A stretch of DNA of 64,000 nucleotides from an uncultured archaeon (GTDB lineage: Archaea > Thermoproteota > Nitrososphaeria > Nitrososphaerales > Gagatemarchaeaceae). The stretch spans positions 800,001 through 864,000 of the forward strand of contig CAWCYD010000003.1 of the NCBI GenBank assembly GCA_963799775.1, in the 5' to 3' direction. Position numbers and translations under genes: made by a program. Positions within the stretch are counted from its first letter, which is position 1; each line of letters begins with the position of its first letter. A model generated the notes under the pieces. That model was not told the DNA's origin, did not search any database, and saw only the letters and a program-made list of their open reading frames with translations. Below, piece by piece: positions 60,681-64,000 of this stretch.

Positions 60681-62183
60681 GTGACCGCCTCCATCTCCCT
60701 TCGAAGGACCGGCCTCGTCGTGTTCGCGGCGAGGATAGCCAGCATCTTCTCGGGGCTAGTCTTCCTGGTGATGATGACGCGGTCGCTCTCCGACCAGCAG
60801 TTCGGGCTGTATGAGGTTATCACGGACATCGTGACCTTCGCCGCTTACCCCGCGGGCCTCGCCGCCTTCTGGGCGACGCGAGACATCGCCCGCGGCAAGA
60901 TGTCGGGGAGGACGGCGGTCGTCCTCAACCTCGCTCTCAGCTCGCTCGGTATTGTGTTCTACCTCGCCCTCTCCTACTTCAGCGCCGCGAAGATCTCGTC
61001 GGCGAGCATCGACACCCTCCTCTTCGCCGTCATCCTCGTCCCCGTGGCGTACTTCAACCAGGCCGCGAACGCGGTCGTGCAGGGGCACAGGCCCGTGGTC
61101 CTAGGATACGCGGTGATCTTCTCGGAGGCGGCGAAGCTCCTGGTGGCGTATCCGCTCCTCATCGTCTACAAGGTGGGAATCGAAGGCGTGATCGTGGCCG
61201 TGCTGGTCGCGAACATCGCGCAGGGGGTCTCCTCGGTAGCCCTGGCGGGCGACGCCCTCGCGGACCCTCTGAGCGCGCAGCAGGCGAAGAGGTGGCTGGG
61301 GAACTCGTGGCTCCCCCTCCTCACGTCCCTCCCGATAGTCCTAGGCATCGCCGACACCTACGTCGCGTCGCTCGCCGAGTCGAGCACGGTCCTTGTCGGC
61401 CACTATCAGGCCGCATATTCTGTCGCCAGCTTGGCGGGCTACTCGCTATATCTCGCGGCTGCCATGTATCCTCTTCTGCTGAAAGGAGGCAGCGACGAGG
61501 TCACATCGATGACCCTGGACCTGGCTCTCGCGTTCGGGATCCCCATGGCCGTCGGGGCCGCGGTCCTCGCGCGCCCGGTCCTCCGCCTGCTCAACCCGCT
61601 CTCCCTCTACGTCGACGCGAGCACCGCCCTGGGCTTGCTCGCGATAGCGTCTTTGGTGAACACGGTCTCCGTGCTCTTCGACTGGACGCTCCTCGGCAGG
61701 GACAGGGTTGACGTGGACGAGTCGGCCACCTTCCGTGACTTTTTGCGTAGCAACATCTTCTTCGTCGCGAAGGTGGACCTGACGATCAGCGCGGTCTATC
61801 TCGCGGCCGTCTACCTGACCGTCACCTATTCGAGGATGGCGGGCCTCGCGATCGGGCCTACCCTCGACATCTGGGCATCGGCCCAGCTCGCGGTCTTCAC
61901 CTTCTTCATCTTCGTCAAGATGGCAAGGATCAAGAGCATGGGGAAGCTCGCCATCCCTCGCTCCATCGGCTACTACGTGGCCGGGGCCGGGATAATGGCG
62001 GTGGTCCTCTATGCGCTCGAGCCTCTGGTCGACCTCCACCATGGCGCCTTCTTCCTCGCTGGAGAGCTGGTGGCGGCCAGCGTGGTGGGCGTCTCCGTCT
62101 ACGGGGCCTTTGTCCTCGCGCTCGACAAGGAGATGAGAGGCTTCATCCGCAGGGCCTTGAGAGAGACCCTCGCAGGGCCTTAG
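60681..62183 (+). CDS. Polysaccharide flippase (Wzx/MOP-like)
   Basis: About 12-14 TM helices, TRSLS..QFG.Y, VGHYQAA; next to a glycosyltransferase. Confidence 0.8.
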   Translation: MTASISLRRTGLVVFAARIASIFSGLVFLVMMTRSLSDQQFGLYEVITDIVTFAAYPAGLAAFWATRDIARGKMSGRTAVVLNLALSSLGIVFYLALSYFSAAKISSASIDTLLFAVILVPVAYFNQAANAVVQGHRPVVLGYAVIFSEAAKLLVAYPLLIVYKVGIEGVIVAVLVANIAQGVSSVALAGDALADPLSAQQAKRWLGNSWLPLLTSLPIVLGIADTYVASLAESSTVLVGHYQAAYSVASLAGYSLYLAAAMYPLLLKGGSDEVTSMTLDLALAFGIPMAVGAAVLARPVLRLLNPLSLYVDASTALGLLAIASLVNTVSVLFDWTLLGRDRVDVDESATFRDFLRSNIFFVAKVDLTISAVYLAAVYLTVTYSRMAGLAIGPTLDIWASAQLAVFTFFIFVKMARIKSMGKLAIPRSIGYYVAGAGIMAVVLYALEPLVDLHHGAFFLAGELVAASVVGVSVYGAFVLALDKEMRGFIRRALRETLAGP

Positions 62184-63238
62184 GCGGACCCGGAGACCAG
62201 CCACCTCAGGGCGGTGACCTCGTCCTCGTGCATGGCCGTGAGCTCCTCGTGCTTCTCCTTCACCTTTGCGACCCACAGTGCCCTCTCCGATTCTGAGAAG
62301 AGTATCTTGATCCTCGTGCGGACCGCCTCGACGGTGGAGTCGCAGTAGAGGAACGCCTCGCCGAATATCTCCTCGACCACAGGCTGCCTGGAAGAGACGA
62401 CGGGGAGGGAGCTCGCGGCGAACTCGAAGAGCACGTGCGATAGCGTGTAAGGCTCGTCCGTGATGTTGAGCGCAAAGTCCGCGGTGGCCTTCAGGGTCTC
62501 GTAGACCTCCTTCTCGAGGAAGCCGGCGTATCTCACGTTGGGGGCCAGCCGGACCCTCGCCAGCCTGCCCTCCAGCTTCGCCCTCGGGCCGCTGATGACG
62601 AGGGAGATGCCGGAAGTTATCTCCTTGCCCACGGCCTCTGCCTCGACCTCTATCCTCTCGAGAGGGTGGCCGCCGTGGGAGGCGATGGCGAGGAGGGGGC
62701 CTTCCGCCATCTTCCGCTTGAGGGCGGGGTCCGGGCTCCTCGGGTTCTTGGGCACGTAGTCGTGGTAGACAAGCACCTTCCTCGCTCCCATCTTCTCCAG
62801 CATCCGCGCCCAGAGCCCGTGAGGGGCCGTGTTGGCGTCCGCGGACTGAGAGACCATCCTCTCGAGAAGAGCGATGGCACGAGAGAGGGGGTCCCTCCCG
62901 CCCAGCGTCTTCACGCTCCAGATGGAGTGGTGGTCGACGACGAGCTTCGCGCCTGAGAGCTGGCAGTAGAGGAGGCAGGTCAGCGGGCAGAAGACCGGGG
63001 GGTTCTGGGCGTAGACGACTTTTGGGCGCTTCGCCGAGAGCAAAACGAGAGTTCGAAAGAAGAGAACAAGGTAGCGGATAGGAGCAAAATACCGGGGCCC
63101 ATAGAGGAAGGTGATGCTCGCGCGCTCCGCGCCAAGAATCTGCGCAATCTCGTCAGCGCGGTCCCCAAACGGAGACCAACTCAAAAAAATCATCCTGGGC
63201 AAAGAAACCTGAACGTCACTGCGGTGCAATCTTGCCAC
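62180..63238 (-). CDS. GT-B (GT4-like) glycosyltransferase
   Basis: YAQNPP, VVDHH, GFL...Y...AD and E......PVVSS. Confidence 0.82.
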   Translation of the reverse strand: MARLHRSDVQVSLPRMIFLSWSPFGDRADEIAQILGAERASITFLYGPRYFAPIRYLVLFFRTLVLLSAKRPKVVYAQNPPVFCPLTCLLYCQLSGAKLVVDHHSIWSVKTLGGRDPLSRAIALLERMVSQSADANTAPHGLWARMLEKMGARKVLVYHDYVPKNPRSPDPALKRKMAEGPLLAIASHGGHPLERIEVEAEAVGKEITSGISLVISGPRAKLEGRLARVRLAPNVRYAGFLEKEVYETLKATADFALNITDEPYTLSHVLFEFAASSLPVVSSRQPVVEEIFGEAFLYCDSTVEAVRTRIKILFSESERALWVAKVKEKHEELTAMHEDEVTALRWLVSGSA

Positions 63239-63480
63239 TGAAAAAGCATCCTAGAGAATGCTCTCGCGGCATGAGTGCATAGTGATTTAGCACATTTGAG
63301 TTCTCGACCGGAAGAAAGTTGTCAGGTTGCAGGGCTCATCATGCCAGGCTCGAGTCCTAGTCCGCTCGAGCGGAACAAGCTCGGACCGGCCCGAAGCTAA
63401 GTGCAGACAGAGGTCCCCGTGCTGAAGGCTCAGTCACTGACACAATCGGCTGGGACCTTGCCGGCGACCCTCTGAAAAAG

Positions 63481-63816
63481 TCAGTTGCGGCTTTTCTCGA
63501 GCACCGAAAGGCGTGCCTTGATATCGGCGAGGTCCTGAATGAAGGGCAGCCTCTGCTCCAATGCGTCGATCTTCACTTCTAGGGTCTCGAACCGGGCATC
63601 GAGCTTCTCGTCAAGGGAATCTAGTCGCCTGTCTGTCGAATCCGACCTTTCGTCGAGCTTCTGGTCCAGCGCCCGAAGGCGAGAATCGAAGAGTTGCTCC
63701 AAATGGTTGGATTCTTCCTTCATGATGGAACGCACCCTCGACTCCATGGTCGGAATCAAGAGCCTCTCAACCCACCCTGGAACTTTCTGGCTCTCAAATC
63801 TACGGGACGTGACCAT
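63481..63816 (-). CDS. Coiled-coil heptad-repeat hypothetical protein
   Basis: PGWVERLLIP followed by (LD.KLD.RF)-type repeats. Confidence 0.65.
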   Translation of the reverse strand: MVTSRRFESQKVPGWVERLLIPTMESRVRSIMKEESNHLEQLFDSRLRALDQKLDERSDSTDRRLDSLDEKLDARFETLEVKIDALEQRLPFIQDLADIKARLSVLEKSRN

Positions 63817-63883
63817 TTTCCCTGCCTCGACCGACCTCTCTGGGAGGCGTGGGTGCTTATATAGAAATCTCAGCCGATAGTGT

Positions 63884-64000
63884 ATGAAGGCGGTTAAGGG
63901 AGTCAAGTTCGCGTACCAGCCCACTCCTCAGACTCTCGAAGTCCTAACGGCGTTCAGAAGCATGGTCAACGATGCCATCCGGATTTGCCTCGACGAGGAC
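63884..64000 (+). CDS. tnpB: TnpB element D, N-terminus only (runs off the window)
   Basis: MKAVKGVKFAYQPTPQTLEVLTAFRSMVNDAIRI matches the N-termini of the other three (e.g. LEDFRRMVNECIR); GTGGG|TGCTTATATAG 30 bp upstream. Confidence 0.8.
   Translation, partial: MKAVKGVKFAYQPTPQTLEVLTAFRSMVNDAIRICLDED

Overview
High-GC archaeal chromosomal segment. Class I LysRS, ABCE1-Trm5, CDC48, a TBP remnant with a Thaumarchaeota-type C-terminus, Rieske/cytochrome b with a cupredoxin, and a BHB-intron tRNA point to a non-ammonia-oxidising Nitrososphaerota-like organism (inference). The housekeeping backbone comprises a pst operon, ABC exporter, ars cluster, lysS, cdc48, surE, complex III module, peptide ABC importer, pyrE, N-acetyltransferase, DNA ligase, a type IV pilus locus and a surface-glycan cluster. 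About 15 single-base frameshifts, some in essential genes, look like long-read indel errors. Three accessory features stand out. (1) A ~770 bp integrase-free cassette has a free-standing LAGLIDADG endonuclease between an intact tRNA-Arg(GCG) and a second, sequence-divergent 3' half compatible with the same tRNA 5' half, i.e. a candidate tRNA 3'-half-replacing homing element. (2) Four divergent transposase-less Cas12f-like TnpB elements have only 23-30 bp between a conserved TGGG motif and the start codon; the three complete copies share an omegaRNA scaffold ending in AGAAC(C), and removing one restores a translationally coupled rimI-lig operon. A fifth element is a classical IS1341/IS605-type. 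(3) There is an unannotated double-guide C/D box sRNA complementary to 23S rRNA helices 69/71.
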